From positions 18,858,340 through 18,922,339 of the forward strand of contig NC_068984.1 in assembly GCF_001194135.2 (NCBI RefSeq): 64,000 nt of DNA, in the 5' to 3' direction. A program made the position numbers and the translations under genes. Positions within the stretch are counted from its first letter, which is position 1; every line of letters begins with the position of its first letter. This document shows positions 12,560-26,387 of this stretch, one piece after another. Source of the stretch: Octopus bimaculoides. Lineage: Eukaryota. The notes beneath the pieces were generated by a model. That model was not told where the DNA came from and ran no database searches. It was given only the letters and a program-made list of their open reading frames with translations.

Positions 12560-13320
12560 GTATGAATATTTTAGACAGGGAAACTTTACAATTTACAAGG
12601 AATAAAATATATTCACAGTTTATAAGGAATAAAATAGAAGAATAAAGGAGTAAATAGAAGAATAGAGTAAAGGTAGAATATGGGTGGGTGAATAATAGTC
12701 CCAACTCATCATTTTCCTGAAGATATGGATGTTGGTCGGTACTTCCATGAAGGTATAGGTCCTTATTTAAAATCCCAGGTAAATCCAGGCAGTATTTTGG
12801 CATATCAAAATTGCAAAGATAATCTGGATCTTGACTGAAGAGAGAAAACTTCGAATGACCTGTCCATGTTTTCTTTGTATCGTCTATCTGTATGTTTTGT
12901 CCCTTTCTTGTATCACCTAACTGTCTGGATGTTTTGCTTTCTTGTCCCATTCTGTATTATATATATATATATAGTGTAGGTATCAGTTAGAGGGGTTTAA
13001 TACCTCCAAGGGATAATTAAATCCAGAGTCACTCCTGGCTATTACCTGGGTAGGTACAGTCTTTTGTAAGGTTGTACAGTAGCAGTTGGTTCGGTTGGAA
13101 AACTGGAGTTTAGGTTATATAGGAGAAGAAAATGGATATAATAACAATGAGAAACTCTTGGTTTGCACTGATATGTTTTTAATTAAATAGATAACAAAGG
13201 AGAAAAAAGCAGAGATGCTACCCTCATCTCTGCTTCTTCCTCCTTTGTTATCTATTTAATTAAAGACATACCAGCGAAAACTACGAGTTTCCCATTGTTA
13301 TTATATCCATTTTCTTCTCT

Positions 13321-13356
<36 letters not shown>

Positions 13357-13767
13357 GTCAGGGCAAGGAGCAAAGTGTGGTCAGCCATTATGTTGCATCC
13401 TTCGGAATTGTGAACATAAAATGACAACAACAATGATGATGATGATAAAGATGTACAATTGAGGAGAGGGTAAATAAAGCAGTGACAGTAAATTGTTGGT
13501 GACCTGGAGATGCAAGCCAAATATTGTTCCAGTTATATACAAAATTATTCTACTAATGCTCTGCTCTAGGGTGTGGCATGAACATCACATCACATTCTGC
13601 TATCCTATGAACTTAATAGAATTAATAACTGATTGATGAATTCCTCTAACCATGAAAGGTCAACTAACAGATTTTATTTCCTGCACCATGTGGTGCGTAA
13701 TTATTTATTTACCATGGGTGCCTGCGTGCACATTAGCGTGTTTATGCGTGAGTGGATGTTTGTGTGT

Positions 13768-13812
<45 letters not shown>

Positions 13813-14133
13813 CACACATTGTGTTTGGGTGTGTATGAATCAGTAAATTTATGTGAATACTGAAATAGGGAGTCTGTATAATATGAAATATATTAAAGCA
13901 TTGTTCCAGAAATCAAATGCCATATGTCTAAAGGACAATATATAATGTATAATATAGATTGGGTAGAAAGCGTTAATTTGTTGTAGTCACACCAAGTCAG
14001 TTCTGATCAAATGAACCTTTGATCGAAAATATTTTTTTCTGTGACCGTTCTCTTTGTTAGGACTACATCATCATCACCATCATTGTCCTCCTTCTCCTCC
14101 TCCTCCTCCTCCTCATCATCATCATCATCATCA

Positions 14134-14206
<73 letters not shown>

Positions 14207-14429
14207 GTTTAGTAGTCACTTTTCTATGCATGCATGGGTCAGATGGGATTGGTTGAGACAGATTTTCAATGGTTGGATGCCCTTCCTGTCACCAACCCTC
14301 ATCTGTCTCCAAGCAAGGTAATATTTTTCCCAATGACCAGGCATGTTTCTCATTGAAGACTAGAAATGAATAACATCTCTTGTATGACGGTATTCTCATT
14401 TACAATCATCATACAATGTCATAATGAGG

Positions 14430-14670
14430 TTACACACAAACACACACACACACACACATACACACACACGCACACACACATAAACACACAAACATACACA
14501 CACATGCACACGCATGCATACAGACACACAGACAAACACACACATAAAAATATACACACACAAACACATACACACACACACAGAGACACACACACATACA
14601 CGCATATAAACATACACACATACACAAACACACACACACACACACATAAACATACATACATATGTATGTG
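14430..14670. repeat. Imperfect (CA)n/(CATA)n microsatellite
   Basis: Directly visible. Confidence 0.95.
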
Positions 14671-15247
14671 AAAGTGCCTTGCCTAGTGGTTAGGGTATTG
14701 CACTCACAATGGCTAGACGATGGGTTTGATTCCCAGACCAGGCAGCACATTGTGTTCATGAGAAAAACACTTCTAGCCACAGAATGTTATCATTTGAAAG
14801 CTAAAACAATGTAAAGTGCATTGTGACTAGTGATGTATAGCAATATCTGATAGTCTGCTCCATACTATGATACCATCATATATATCTATATATCAAGATA
14901 CAACAGGCTTCTTTAAGTTTCCGTCAATGAAATCTACTCACATTGCTTTAGCCATCCCAGGGCTTTAGTAAAAGACACTTGTCCAAGATACCATGTAGTG
15001 GGACTGAACCTGGAACTACATGGTCTATGTCTTTTGTCTATGTAATGTGTTTTGTTTTAAAGTTAGTAGGAAGAAATTTAAGGAAACCTTGGCTGCTATT
15101 TCTAACAAGCCACCTGATTGAGCAGAGTTTCCCTTGCTGACATGAAAATATTGTAAATTAGATAAACAATGAAGAAGTATATTAGAAGCATGTTCTGAAT
15201 ATTTATGCTTGTGATTTAATCTTTTTTTTTTTTCTTGTGTTTTAAAG

Positions 15248-15359
15248 GAAAATCTCCAAAACATACTTTTGGACAGAAAAATCTCAATACCTTTGGTCAT
15301 AAACAAGCAGTTATAGCGCTTGACTCATGCAGTAGAAGGAAAATATTTTGTTCAGGCAG
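15248..15359 (+). CDS. WDR87: Exon of WDR87/WDR97-like WD40 protein: (G)KSPKHTFGQKNLNTFGHKQAVIALDSCSRRKIFCSG(S)
   Basis: T-rich tract + aag| acceptor, AG|gtaaag donor, one open frame. It carries the GH dipeptide of a WD40 repeat that is completed by the next exon. Family assignment is from remembered similarity; WDR97 is the alternative. Confidence 0.8.
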
Positions 15360-15449
15360 GTAAAGTACATAATGTATCATTTTGATAATAATAATAATAA
15401 TAATAGTAATAATAATAATAAATAATAATAATAAATACAACACACACAA

Positions 15450-15930
15450 ATGAAAGAAAAAATAAAGAGAGAGTACTATAGACGAGTTAGANNNNNNNNN
15501 NAAGTTAGATCAATACTAAAAACAGAACTCAATGCTAAAAACAAGATAATAGGTATTAACACTTTAGCTGTCCCAGTTATAAGCTACAGCTACAATATTC
15601 TTAACTGGACACTAAACGAACTATCTAAAATAAACAGGAAAACAAGAAAAATAATGACGGGATATAGGATGCACCACCCAAAATTTGACATAGAAAGGCT
15701 ATATATACAACGCACAGAAGGTGGCAGGGGTCTTATACAGCTGGAAAACTATTATAAAATAACCACCATAGGACTGCAAAAATACCTACTCCAGAAGCAA
15801 GGAAAACTAATACAAATAGCCACAAAACATGAGCAAAGCAAAAAACTGTTTTCAGTATTTAAGGAGGCTGACAAATACAAACAAGAAATCATACTACCTA
15901 ACAAATACGAAGAAGAAGAGACTTATGCAT
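15450..15930 (+). mobile_element. R4/Dong-like LINE internal fragment
   Basis: EYYRRVRSILKTELNAKNKIIGINTLAVPV...HHPKFDIERLYIQRTEGGRGLIQLE. Confidence 0.8.
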
Positions 15931-18284
15931 CGCATACAAAGTTTTAAGGAAAAGAAAAAAATAATGGTGGAAGGATGATAGAGATGTGACCCTTCTGACA
16001 CAGGAAGGCCTCTAGGGATAACTGAGGAACCCCACTGTCCGAGATTTCCCTGAAACCCCAGGAGCAAGCACCCTCTCCAATTCCTTCTCTCCAACTCACA
16101 GGTACCATCCACTCTTGCCATTTTCACACCATTCACTCACCTTTCAATAAACTCACTTGAGAACACCATTTCTCTCTCCACTCTCAATTTCCTTTCAAGT
16201 GGGACTTGAAGAAGTTAATGAGACCTCTACTAAAGCAGAAAGTGTCTGTCCTCATGCCTTTCAGCCTTGTCCACCAAACAACTCCTTTCATCACAGCCAC
16301 CAGGCAAAAGAAAACTGCCTTGTCTATCTGATTGAAGGAGGGCAGTGGTGCAATCATCACTACTGACTCAGCCAACAGATGGATCTGTCCCACACATGAC
16401 AGCAGCTGTTCTACACAACCCCACACAAGTCAGCAATGCCCGGACACTGAACGAGGGCGTGCAGAATGGTTTCATTCTGAACCTCCTGATAATAATGATG
16501 ATTTCATTTATTTGCCAAAAATAATAATAAAGAATAATAAAGAACAACAATTGTACCTGTGATCATCAGGGCTTTTGGGAACAATTTCGTATGGCACTCT
16601 TAAACACTATGGTCAAATACCAGGAAACCCAAAAGGATCAGAACTACAAAAACTGTTCTCATGAGAACTGTTCATATCTTAAGAAAAACAGTCAACTTAA
16701 AAATACCTGATTCCCTTAAAACTCTTTCAAAACTGAAATGTTACAAATTTAACTGAATCTTAGACCTCAGATTCTGATCTCATTCTTCTACAAACTTTTA
16801 TTGCTAATCCTAAATAACATCTGTAGTAAAACCTCCAACTTGCTGTTACCTGAGGTCTTTGGGTGAGGGGCATAGTCAAATATATAAACCCCAGTATTTG
16901 ATTGGTACCTCATATTATCACAACCAGAAGATAAAAGGCAAATTTGAACTCCGAATATAACCAGCAGTAAATAAATACTGCAAGGACTCTGATTCTGCCA
17001 TTTTGAAAGTAGTTTTTATTTGCTAGGCCAATGCTAAATAAAGTTGCTTATATCTGTCAATATGATGTTATATAAAAACAGCTTATTTCAATATCAGATG
17101 AGAGCTGTTGTATTGTGAGTGTGAATGAACCCTTCTGTATTTTCTATATTTAATCTGTCTTGAATTTCAAAGCTTAAAATGTACATAAATTCATGCTCGT
17201 TAATGTTGTAACTCAGTAACTAAACTGCTATATATAGTGATAAGTTTCATGCAAGCAGATAATGTGACCCAGTTACAATTACCAGTTCAAGTCAATTCAT
17301 TTCATATTATGCTTTGTCAAATCTGTACTTTCAGAAATAATTCATAGCTTCATGAGAAAGAAAGGCGATTTATAGTTGGTTCACTTGCTACTTGAAGATA
17401 AAGTTTTTTAAAGAATTTTAAGCTGTTTACATGTCACTAAGCTTCATATGATAGATAACTGTGGAGGCTTATAATCAGTTGTGTCACTAAACCCAATATG
17501 GGATTAGTTGAATGGTACTAATCCTAATATGGATTAATTGAACAATACTGTTATTAGTTCATAACAAGTCTAAACTTATTCTTGGCTACTTAAACCTTTT
17601 GATACCAGCCTGATTGAAGCTATCTCTGCTGCTTTCATTCAAATTCCTCCTGTATTAAAGTGTTCAATAATTAAATCATGGTTTTATCTAAGAACATTTC
17701 TGTTAAATTATGTTCCAAACAACATTTTAATCTTTTAATTAATTAATAAAATTAATTATTTTACTAAAGCCCATTAAATTCTTGATCATTTTCAAAATTA
17801 ATTGAAATATAGACAATGTATTTCACAAGAAAATATCCTCATGAAAGTGGTACAAAGGGAAATTTCATACTTTTGTTTTAAATTCTGACGGAGATTTAGT
17901 AAAATTTCTCTGAAAATTAAGGGTAAACTACAAAGGAAAATTTGAGATGTTTATAGGTATGAAGTAAATTTTGATTAGGAGAAGAGGGTCAGAGTTGCTA
18001 TGACCTTTTCTATACCCTCCAGATTAATGAGATTAATATGGTTCAGGTCAATGTCTGTAAAAAAAATGTGTTCAGAAGAGAACCAGTGGACTTGTAACAA
18101 GGTGAATTCCACTAAATATACTGAAGGACCAGCTGGTAGGGTTCAACAATGTGACATGTTTGACCTTGCTCTTTGCAGTACCTGAAGCAACTATCTATTC
18201 AACTGAACAAGATAGTGTTTTAGGGTTGTTGTTTTTTAATAGTTTGGCTTGGATGAAGGATCTTTTAAGCCCATCATATATATG

Positions 18285-18348
<64 letters not shown>

Positions 18349-19693
18349 AATAAAAATAAATACAAAAAAAGGGTTTTGTATGATCGTGTATAGAGGAATA
18401 TATTATTTTATTTAAAAGAGTTCCAACTCTGTCTGTTTTTTATGTTTTATTTATATTCTTGTAAAATTAATGTGGGATATAGAATATGGAATATATAATA
18501 TATAATATAAAAAAAGATGGATGGTACAATGAAATGAAGTATTGAAAGTCTTATTGAATATATGGAATATGTCTTATTGAATATATGAAATATTGAGTGT
18601 TCAATATAAAGGATTNNNNNNNNNNNNNNNNNNNNNNNNNNNNNNNNNNNNNNNNNNNNNNNNNNTGTGTGTGTGTGTGTGTTTGTGTGTCTGTGTTTGT
18701 CCCCCTAGCATTGCTTGACAACCGATGCTGGTGTGTTTATGTCCCCGTCACTTAACGGTTCAGCAAAATGAGACCGATAGAATAAGTACTAGGCTTACAA
18801 AGAATAAGTACCAGGGTCGATTTACTCAACTAAAGGCAGTGCTCCAGCATGGCCACAGTCAAATGACTGAAACAAGTAAAAGAGTAAAAGAGTAAAGAGT
18901 ATCATATAGATGTAATTTTTAATGCTGAATCTGAATTTGCTATTCATTTATTTTAGAAAAATTTTGCAAAAATGTTACAGCTAGTCAAAGGTTGATAATT
19001 TTCAGAATTTTCAGCCATTCAGAAAACAGCACATTCTCTGCATCTTCCATCATTGGGAGGAGGCATTGGCATGTCAAAATATTAAACTAGGATTTTATAA
19101 AGTAAATTATCTTTCTTGTATCTCCTTCTCCTCCTTTTGCACAAGCACAGCATTTTTGGTTACTATAGAAACAGTTCTTTGCAATCAGCTATGCAACATT
19201 TGGTGCTTCTTTGCTTTGGTAACTATGGAAATAGAAATAGAAATTTTTGCCAAGGCGATATGTAAAATGCTCACTTCTGATACCCAAATTTTGCAAATTG
19301 TAAAGGTTAGTAACTTTTTAATTATGGATTTATAGAAAAAATTAATTTCATTTTCATAATTAATATACAAAACTTAATCCATGTACCAAATTTGAAAACA
19401 ATTGGAACAAAATTGTAAACAGTGACGAAAACCACAAAGATCCACAGAATATTTTGATATCTCTGTTCATGGAATCATTGCTGGTTTGGCATGAAGTGCT
19501 TGGGTTGCTTATGAGTGACACAGAAATTTAGGGCGGGGTGTGGAGTGATATCATATGCATTGATGTAATCTTTGTTGAAGACGATGGAAAGTAAGTCATT
19601 GATGTATAAGAGGAGGAGTATAGGGACAATGATTATGTTGTATTTGTTGTCTTATTTTATTTCTTAATTTTACCCAACCTTTTTCTACTTCAG

Positions 19694-19848
19694 CTGTGAT
19701 GGGAACATAAAGATATGGGATATGTCTGGAACAATACTCCAAGAAATAATACTGAATATACCTCTAGGATCTATATGTTTTTTAAATAATAAAGCTGATC
19801 TGCTGATTGCCTTTAACAATCATATTTTCTATGTTCCTCATTCAAAAG
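19694..19848 (+). CDS. WDR87: Exon of WDR87/WDR97-like protein: SCDGNIKIWDMSGTILQEIILNIPLGSICFLNNKADLLIAFNNHIFYVPHSK
   Basis: ttctacttcag| acceptor, AAG|gtgagt donor, phase 2 to phase 1. Joined with the previous exon it gives a canonical GH...SGSCDGNIKIWD repeat. CFLNNKADLLIAFN resembles the WDR87 segment CFANDRGDLLVTFN as recalled. Confidence 0.8.
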
Positions 19849-20270
19849 GTGAGTGAAATGGATATAGTTTTGTATTTGCTATTCTTCTCACAATACTTAT
19901 AAAATTATTTGCATGTAGTGTGTAGTGCATGTGATGTTTAGTTATTTTGTTTTAGCCATTGCTTCATATGTGTGTACGTGTCTATGAATGGTGTATGTGT
20001 GTGTGTGTCTACGAATGGTGTATGTGTGTGTGTTTGTGTGTGTGTGTTTGCGTGATGTGTGTGTGTGTGCAATGTGTGTGTGTATGTGTAGTTTGTATGT
20101 GGTACATGTATAGCTTCTATGTGTATATGTGTGTAAGTGATTGCTTCCCAATCACTTGGTTTCAGGTTCAGTCTCACTTGTGGCACTTTGGGCAAGTGTC
20201 TTCTACTATATCTTCAGGATAACCAAAGCCTTGTGAGTGGATTTGGTAGACAGAAACTGAAAGAAGCCTG

Positions 20271-20319
<49 letters not shown>

Positions 20320-20831
20320 TGTCTGTATCTATTTCTATGTATGTATACATGTATGTTTGTATGTATGTGAGTAATTGTCTTTGTCTCTCATCATGTGACA
20401 ACCACTGTTAGTTTGTTTATGTCCCTGTAACTAAGTGGTTTGGGAAAAAGAGACCTATTGAATAAGTAGCAAACTTAGATATAGTGCTGGATTCCATTTG
20501 GTCAATTAAACCCACCAAGGCCGTGCACTAGCATAGCTACAGTCCAGTGCCTGGAGCAAACAAAAGAATAAATGAACCATATTTATTGATATAGAAGCAG
20601 CTTTTGTCTGTATTACGTAATATAATATAACCTCCATTATGACTGACTGTTAATAGTAAGAGAAGCCAGACTGAATTTAATTATTCATGTTAAAATAATT
20701 TACAGAAAATTTTGAAATTTTGTCATTTCCTTCTTTTCTTATTAGTATGTCCTTTCATGGAACAAATCAGTTTTGAGGATTCTTCTTCAGCTGAAGGTAA
20801 TTTCATTAAGTGTTTATAAACACAAACATAC

Positions 20832-20928
<97 letters not shown>

Positions 20929-21070
20929 ATACACAGACAGACATACACACCAGCAAACACATGCACACATGTCATAAATACAAAATAAAAATAATAAACG
21001 GGACAAGCCAACAACAACAAAATTTAACAAATAAAGTGTTAGCTTAATGCTTTAATAGAAAGAGAAAGTG

Positions 21071-21106
21071 TCTTAATATTTCGGACATTGGTCCTTCATC
21101 AGAAGA
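21071..21106 (-). ncRNA. Minimal Penelope-type hammerhead-like core
   Basis: Minus strand reads UCUU-CUGAUGA-A-GGAC CAAU GUCC-GAAA-UAUU-AAGA. Helix III is probably a CpG-decayed ACGU. Confidence 0.5.
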
Positions 21107-21344
21107 AAGAAAGTGAGCATAAAGAAAGTGATAAAGATAAAGAGCCAGTGAGTAGTGAAACAAAACAGGCAAAGGTCTAGAAACCAGGTGGAAATGCTAT
21201 TTTATTGGGGCGGGGTCAAAAAGAGAGAAAGCAGTGTGTGTGGATGTAAATATAAGAATCTATCCATGTCTGGAAGCAGGCATAAGAAGGAAGAGATGTC
21301 TTGTGTCTTACTGGTAAAAAGAAGGTAACGGTTATCTTCTAGAG

Positions 21345-21530
21345 TAGCGTTTCTCAACCAGGATTCCCTGGAACCCAAGGGTTCCACAAAAGGTTCCTAG
21401 GGGTTCTGCGAGAAAGAGTGAGATGAGCTAATGCTAATTTCTTGATCGTAACAGGCAAAACATATTATTGGTTATTGTAATATAGACATCATCCTATCTA
21501 ACCTATTATGTTATCAAAAACATAACAACC

Positions 21531-21561
<31 letters not shown>

Positions 21562-21928
21562 TATAATATGTGAGTATATGCATATATACGTACATGTATG
21601 TACATACCTATATCTACATGTATATATAGATGCATATCTGAGTACAGGATGTCACAAAAAACGTGGACAAAATGAAAAACAGATCATAAACAGAGCACAG
21701 AAAACACACAGGCTACATAGAGAACATTTCCTTCATCAGCTGCCACCATTCTAAAACTAAGCATTTCAAAGAGTTAGGGCATATATATATCATATTTACC
21801 AAGGTAACAACAATGAAAAAAATATGAGAAAGATATGGTGTATAATTTTTTTTTTTTGTGCAGGGGTTCCTTGAGGCATTTAATTTATTTTAAGGGTTAC
21901 ACAAGGGTAAAAAGGTTGAGAAACACTG
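21345..21928. mobile_element. hAT (Charlie-like) MITE with a nested (TA)n/repeat insertion
   Basis: TIRs tagcgtttctcaacc and ggttgagaaacactg; perfect 8-bp TSD TTCTAGAG on both sides. Confidence 0.85.
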
Positions 21929-21934
21929 TTCTAG

Positions 21935-22170
21935 AGGCATGCCAACTCATAAGGGCTGGTTTCCTGGTTTCCAAGGCATATAAATTCCTCACCTGGATAA
22001 GACGCCAGTCCATTGCAGGATTACTCATTTTTGCCAGCTGAGTGGCCTGGAGGAACATGAAATGAAGTGTTTTGCTCAAGAGTACAACATGTTGCCCAAT
22101 CTAGGAATTGAAACCACAATTTTACGATCATGAGTCCAACACCTTAACCACTTAGCCACTTGCCTCCACT
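21935..22170 (-). mobile_element. tRNA-derived SINE, family C (other copies 2240-2430, 23180-23495, 30800-31000, 32100-32440, 34150-34490)
   Basis: Recurrent cagctgagtg.actggagca..tgaaataaagtg..ttgctcaag...ctaaccact body. Confidence 0.75.
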
Positions 22171-22689
22171 ATGTTACAATAGTATATATATATATATGTA
22201 TACAGAGGTATGCAAGAGTGGAAGTATAGCAGTATTGGTTAGTGGGTATGTGGAGCATCAGTATATGAAGGTGAGTGTATGAAAGGGTGTGTGTGAGGAG
22301 GTAAGAGCAGGTGTGAGTGTGAAGGAATGAAGAAATTCCATTGATGAAACAAAAAGAATGGTAAGAGGGATGTGGATAGTGTTACTGACATAGGTACAAG
22401 TGTATAACTTAACTAAGTATGAGTGTGGAAACGTTTTCAACAAAGAGGAAAGGTTTAAACTGAAATAAGAAAAAAGAGAGAGAGTATGAATTCCAAGAAA
22501 AGGGGGGACATCAAAGGGATTGATGAGAATTATACAAGAGTGGTGAAAGGCACACATACATACATACATACATACTTACACTGGAACTATAAAAATCTGT
22601 AAAACTTTCCAGAAGTTTATCATTTAAATATATATGAGCATGTTTAGATATGCAACTATATGCATGAGAATATATACGTAAAACAAAAC

Positions 22690-22965
22690 ATACAAATCTG
22701 TACGTATACATACATACAAACATACATACATACATACAAACATACATACATACATACATACAAACATACATACATACATACATACATACATACATACATA
22801 CATACACACACATACATACACACACACATACATACATACATACACACACATACATACATACATACATACACACATACATACATACATACATACATACACA
22901 CACACATACATACATACACACACACATACATACACACACATACATACATACATACACATACATAC

Positions 22966-22996
<31 letters not shown>

Positions 22997-23002
22997 CATA
23001 CA
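22690..23002. repeat. (CATA)n compound microsatellite
   Basis: Directly visible. Confidence 0.95.
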
Positions 23003-23606
23003 TTCACACAAAAATACCTTGTTGATGTTGAAATTCTAATGAAGGAGCCTTGGATCTAGGTTAGAAACTGGCTCTTTCTTCTATTGGCAAGAAATCTTAA
23101 AACAAACTGAACAATGACATACATACGTACATGCATACATACCTACATCCATAAATACATATGCACATACATCCATGGCCTGGCTCTCTGTCGGTTACAA
23201 CAAGTGTTCCAATTTATACAATCAATGGGACAGCCTGCTCATGAAACTAACATGCAAGTGGCTGAGCACTCCACAGTCATGTGAACCCTTAACGTAGTTC
23301 TCGGGAAGATTCAGCATGACACACTGTAACAAGCCTGGCCCTTTGAATTACAGGTACAACTCATTTTTGCTGGCTAAGTGAACTGGAGCAATGTGAAATA
23401 GTCTTGCTCAAGGATACAATGCATTGCTGGGAATCAAACTCACAACCTTATGATCATGAGCCGAACACACTAACCACTTAGCCACGCGCCTTCATATACA
23501 TACATACATACATACATAATACATACATACATAATACATACATAATACATACATACATATATACATGCATACTCATTCATTCATTTCCTTTGTTTTATCT
23601 CAACAG

Positions 23607-23671
23607 ATTCTGATATTTATGAAGACTTCTTTACAGAGAAAGAAAAAGAGCAAAATATAGATTCATATTTG
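23607..23671 (+). CDS. Exon DSDIYEDFFTEKEKEQNIDSYL
   Basis: ttttatctcaacag| acceptor, TTG|gtatgt donor, phase 1 to phase 0; consistent with both neighbours. Confidence 0.7.
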
Positions 23672-23812
23672 GTATGTAGGTAATCGAAGATGATTTCTTT
23701 GAAAAATCTTTCATGCAGTCTTAACACAAGAAGTTCATTTTAACTTTGTTTCTTTTTTTTTAAAGTTATTCTAAACTGCTCGTTTTCATTTTATATCTCT
23801 TCTGAATTACAG

Positions 23813-23896
23813 ATGCCATACGATATTAACGTCTCAAAACATTTCTCTGAAGATAATTTTCCCGAACTGAAAATCAAAGAGTGTGAAGAGCGAGAG
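23813..23896 (+). CDS. Exon MPYDINVSKHFSEDNFPELKIKECEERE
   Basis: ttacag| acceptor, GAG|gtatgc donor, 84 nt, phase 0/0, open frame. Confidence 0.7.
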
Positions 23897-23936
23897 GTAT
23901 GCTTTATTGATTAAAAGAGAAAAAAAATAAATGAAT

Positions 23937-23987
<51 letters not shown>

Positions 23988-24256
23988 TTTTGGTATGTTT
24001 TTATAAACCATTTTGCATATACGAATAGTAAATGCCAGCAAACAAGAAAGAAGGACAATTAATTTTGATATGCTTTTTTAAATAATCTATATGCAGGCAA
24101 CCTTGTGATTGTATGGTAAGAAGTTTGCTTTTTAACTACATGGTTCTGGGTTAAGTCCCACTGTGTGAAACCTTGGTAAAGTGTCTTCTGCCATAGCCTT
24201 GAGTCAACCAAAGCCTTGTGAGTAGATTTGGTAGACTGAAACTGAAAGAAACTCTT

Positions 24257-24296
<40 letters not shown>

Positions 24297-24580
24297 AGTG
24301 TGTCTTTACGCCAATAATAAGTACACACACTGGTTCTATTTCACTTCTTTATTCTTACTAATCAATTGGTTAACCATTTAACCAATTAAATAATCATTTA
24401 CCTAGGTTTTTCAAAGTCCTTTCATTGCAATTTGTAACCTCATCAATGACATGCCCACTTTACTCCAACAAAATTCCATTTTAATTTATATTCTAGATGC
24501 CAGCTAAATAATATACATGGTGTTGTAAATACTGTTAATTGTCAAAATTTCACTATATAATAATATGCATGCATGTGTGT

Positions 24581-24618
<38 letters not shown>

Positions 24619-24686
24619 NNNNNNNNNNNNNNNNNNNNNNNNNNNNNNNNNNNNNNNNNNNNNNNNNNNNNNNNNNNNNNNNNNNN

Positions 24687-24736
<50 letters not shown>

Positions 24737-24959
24737 CCCATTGTCCACAAGTCAGAAAAAAAGCACATTTTTAAAGAGAATTTGTGCAACATATCTCATG
24801 AACCAACTGAATTTCTAACTGTAAAAGTTTACGTGGAACCAGTTGTAGCTTTCTGATCAGCAATATGCCATAACCAGGAATATATTACACAACAACATAA
24901 AAGTATATGCATACATATACATATATATATTTATGTGCAGTTAAGTCTATGCCTGATCA

Positions 24960-25023
24960 TAGAATGACCAATGGTTTCACATCCATAAAGGGCTTAGCCC
25001 TATGGATCACTCATCAGACTCTA
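24960..25023 (-). ncRNA. Type I hammerhead ribozyme, intact core
   Basis: Minus strand reads UAGAGU-CUGAUGA-GUG AUCCAUA GGGC UAA GCCC UU UAUGGAU GU-GAAA-CC AUU GG-UC-AUUCUA. Helix I is 6 bp, helix II about 11 bp, helix III 3 bp, with a GUC cleavage triplet. Confidence 0.8.
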
Positions 25024-25557
25024 CAGCCAAAGGCCATATAGTTTTTCAAACTTAGGAGGTAGAAAGCCGTTATGGTCAATTAGGTAATAAGTAAACAACG
25101 AATAAACAATCCAGGTCAGCAAGGATGAGTTATATCCCTTAGATCAGTCCATATGGGTCAAAAAGAAGATGGGGGAACTCCGCCCTTTGGTAACTTTTAG
25201 CTTGTAAGGATCTTCTCAGATCTAATTAAGGAATGGGGAATCCAATGCTTGCAGCAGGCAGTGTTTGTAATGGATGCAGGAGCTGTGAATTTCTTGCCAG
25301 GAATTCAATAATTCTGGTCCTACACACACACACACACGCACGCACACGCACACGCACACACACACACACGCACGCACACGCACACGCACACACACACACA
25401 CACACACACAGAGCTGAGTTGTGCAGTTAAGAAACTTGCTTTGTAACCATGTGGCTTCAGCTTCCATATCACTGCACAACACTTCTTGGGGAGGTTGCCT
25501 GAGGCAACCAATGTCTTGTGAGTGAATGTGGCAAATGGAAACTGGATTGAAACTTGT

Positions 25558-25604
<47 letters not shown>

Positions 25605-25656
25605 AGAGCTGTGTTTTATGGTATTGTTTACGTATTTTGGGCTTTGAATTTTACAG

Positions 25657-25783
25657 GAAGATCGAGATTCATTTAAAAGCGAATATATTTATGGTGCTCC
25701 GACAGAAATATATTCATCTCCAAAAGAACAATACAACTGGTCTTGGCCATCGATGTCCTCCCTAACAGATGGAGACTTAGAAA
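25657..25783 (+). CDS. Exon EDRDSFKSEYIYGAPTEIYSSPKEQYNWSWPSMSSLTDGDLE
   Basis: ttttacag| acceptor, |gtatgc donor, phase 0 to phase 1, open frame. Confidence 0.7.
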
Positions 25784-26387
25784 GTATGCTATTTATTTAT
25801 AGATTCATCATTGTATACCAACCACAGATTAAGAGGTTTATCATATTTATTGTACCAGTCCTTAATGATAAAGTTCAACCATAGAGTTGTCAATAATTAA
25901 AAATGCATATGAAAATAAAATAATAAATTACTACAATTATTTTCTCCAATGTCATCTGAAAAGCAATAGTTAAGTTAGTGTTAGAATATTCAATGTGGAG
26001 TGCCAAAAATATAACTAAAAAAATTATTATACAATAAAGAAAAGGCAGTGACTAGTATTATTTCTATCCTTTTGGTAAGTATGGGGGAAAAAACACCAGA
26101 CATATTCTGGTCTTATTATACCTCTTTAGCAAACTACAGATTTCACTGTACTTGCTGAAATAATACTGAATGAGTTTCTAAATTCATAAACAATATTGTA
26201 CTTATACAAAGGTCTTCTTGAAAATTAAACCTAAAATCACTGAGATTAATTACTCAGAGATCCATCTGCATGAAAATTAATAGTTAAGTTTGTGTTAAGT
26301 AAAAGTAAAAAATAAACAAGTAAAACATAAAGGATAAAAGAATTGGAATGAGATTTGTTTTCATTTTTAATTTTTATTTTGTTGCAG

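Noticed and set aside
12715-12865. Two CTGAAGA...GAA(G/T) hammerhead look-alikes
   Set aside because: No valid helix I or helix III, and A15.1 is missing; treated as chance matches.
12549-12950. 133-aa minus-strand ORF
   Set aside because: No recognisable domain, ends in a low-complexity stretch, and has no phase-compatible partner exons; probably an LTR/TE relic.
21690-21790. CTGATGAAGG motif on the minus strand within the hAT MITE
   Set aside because: No helix II-GAAA-helix III arrangement follows; at most a Penelope-like relic.
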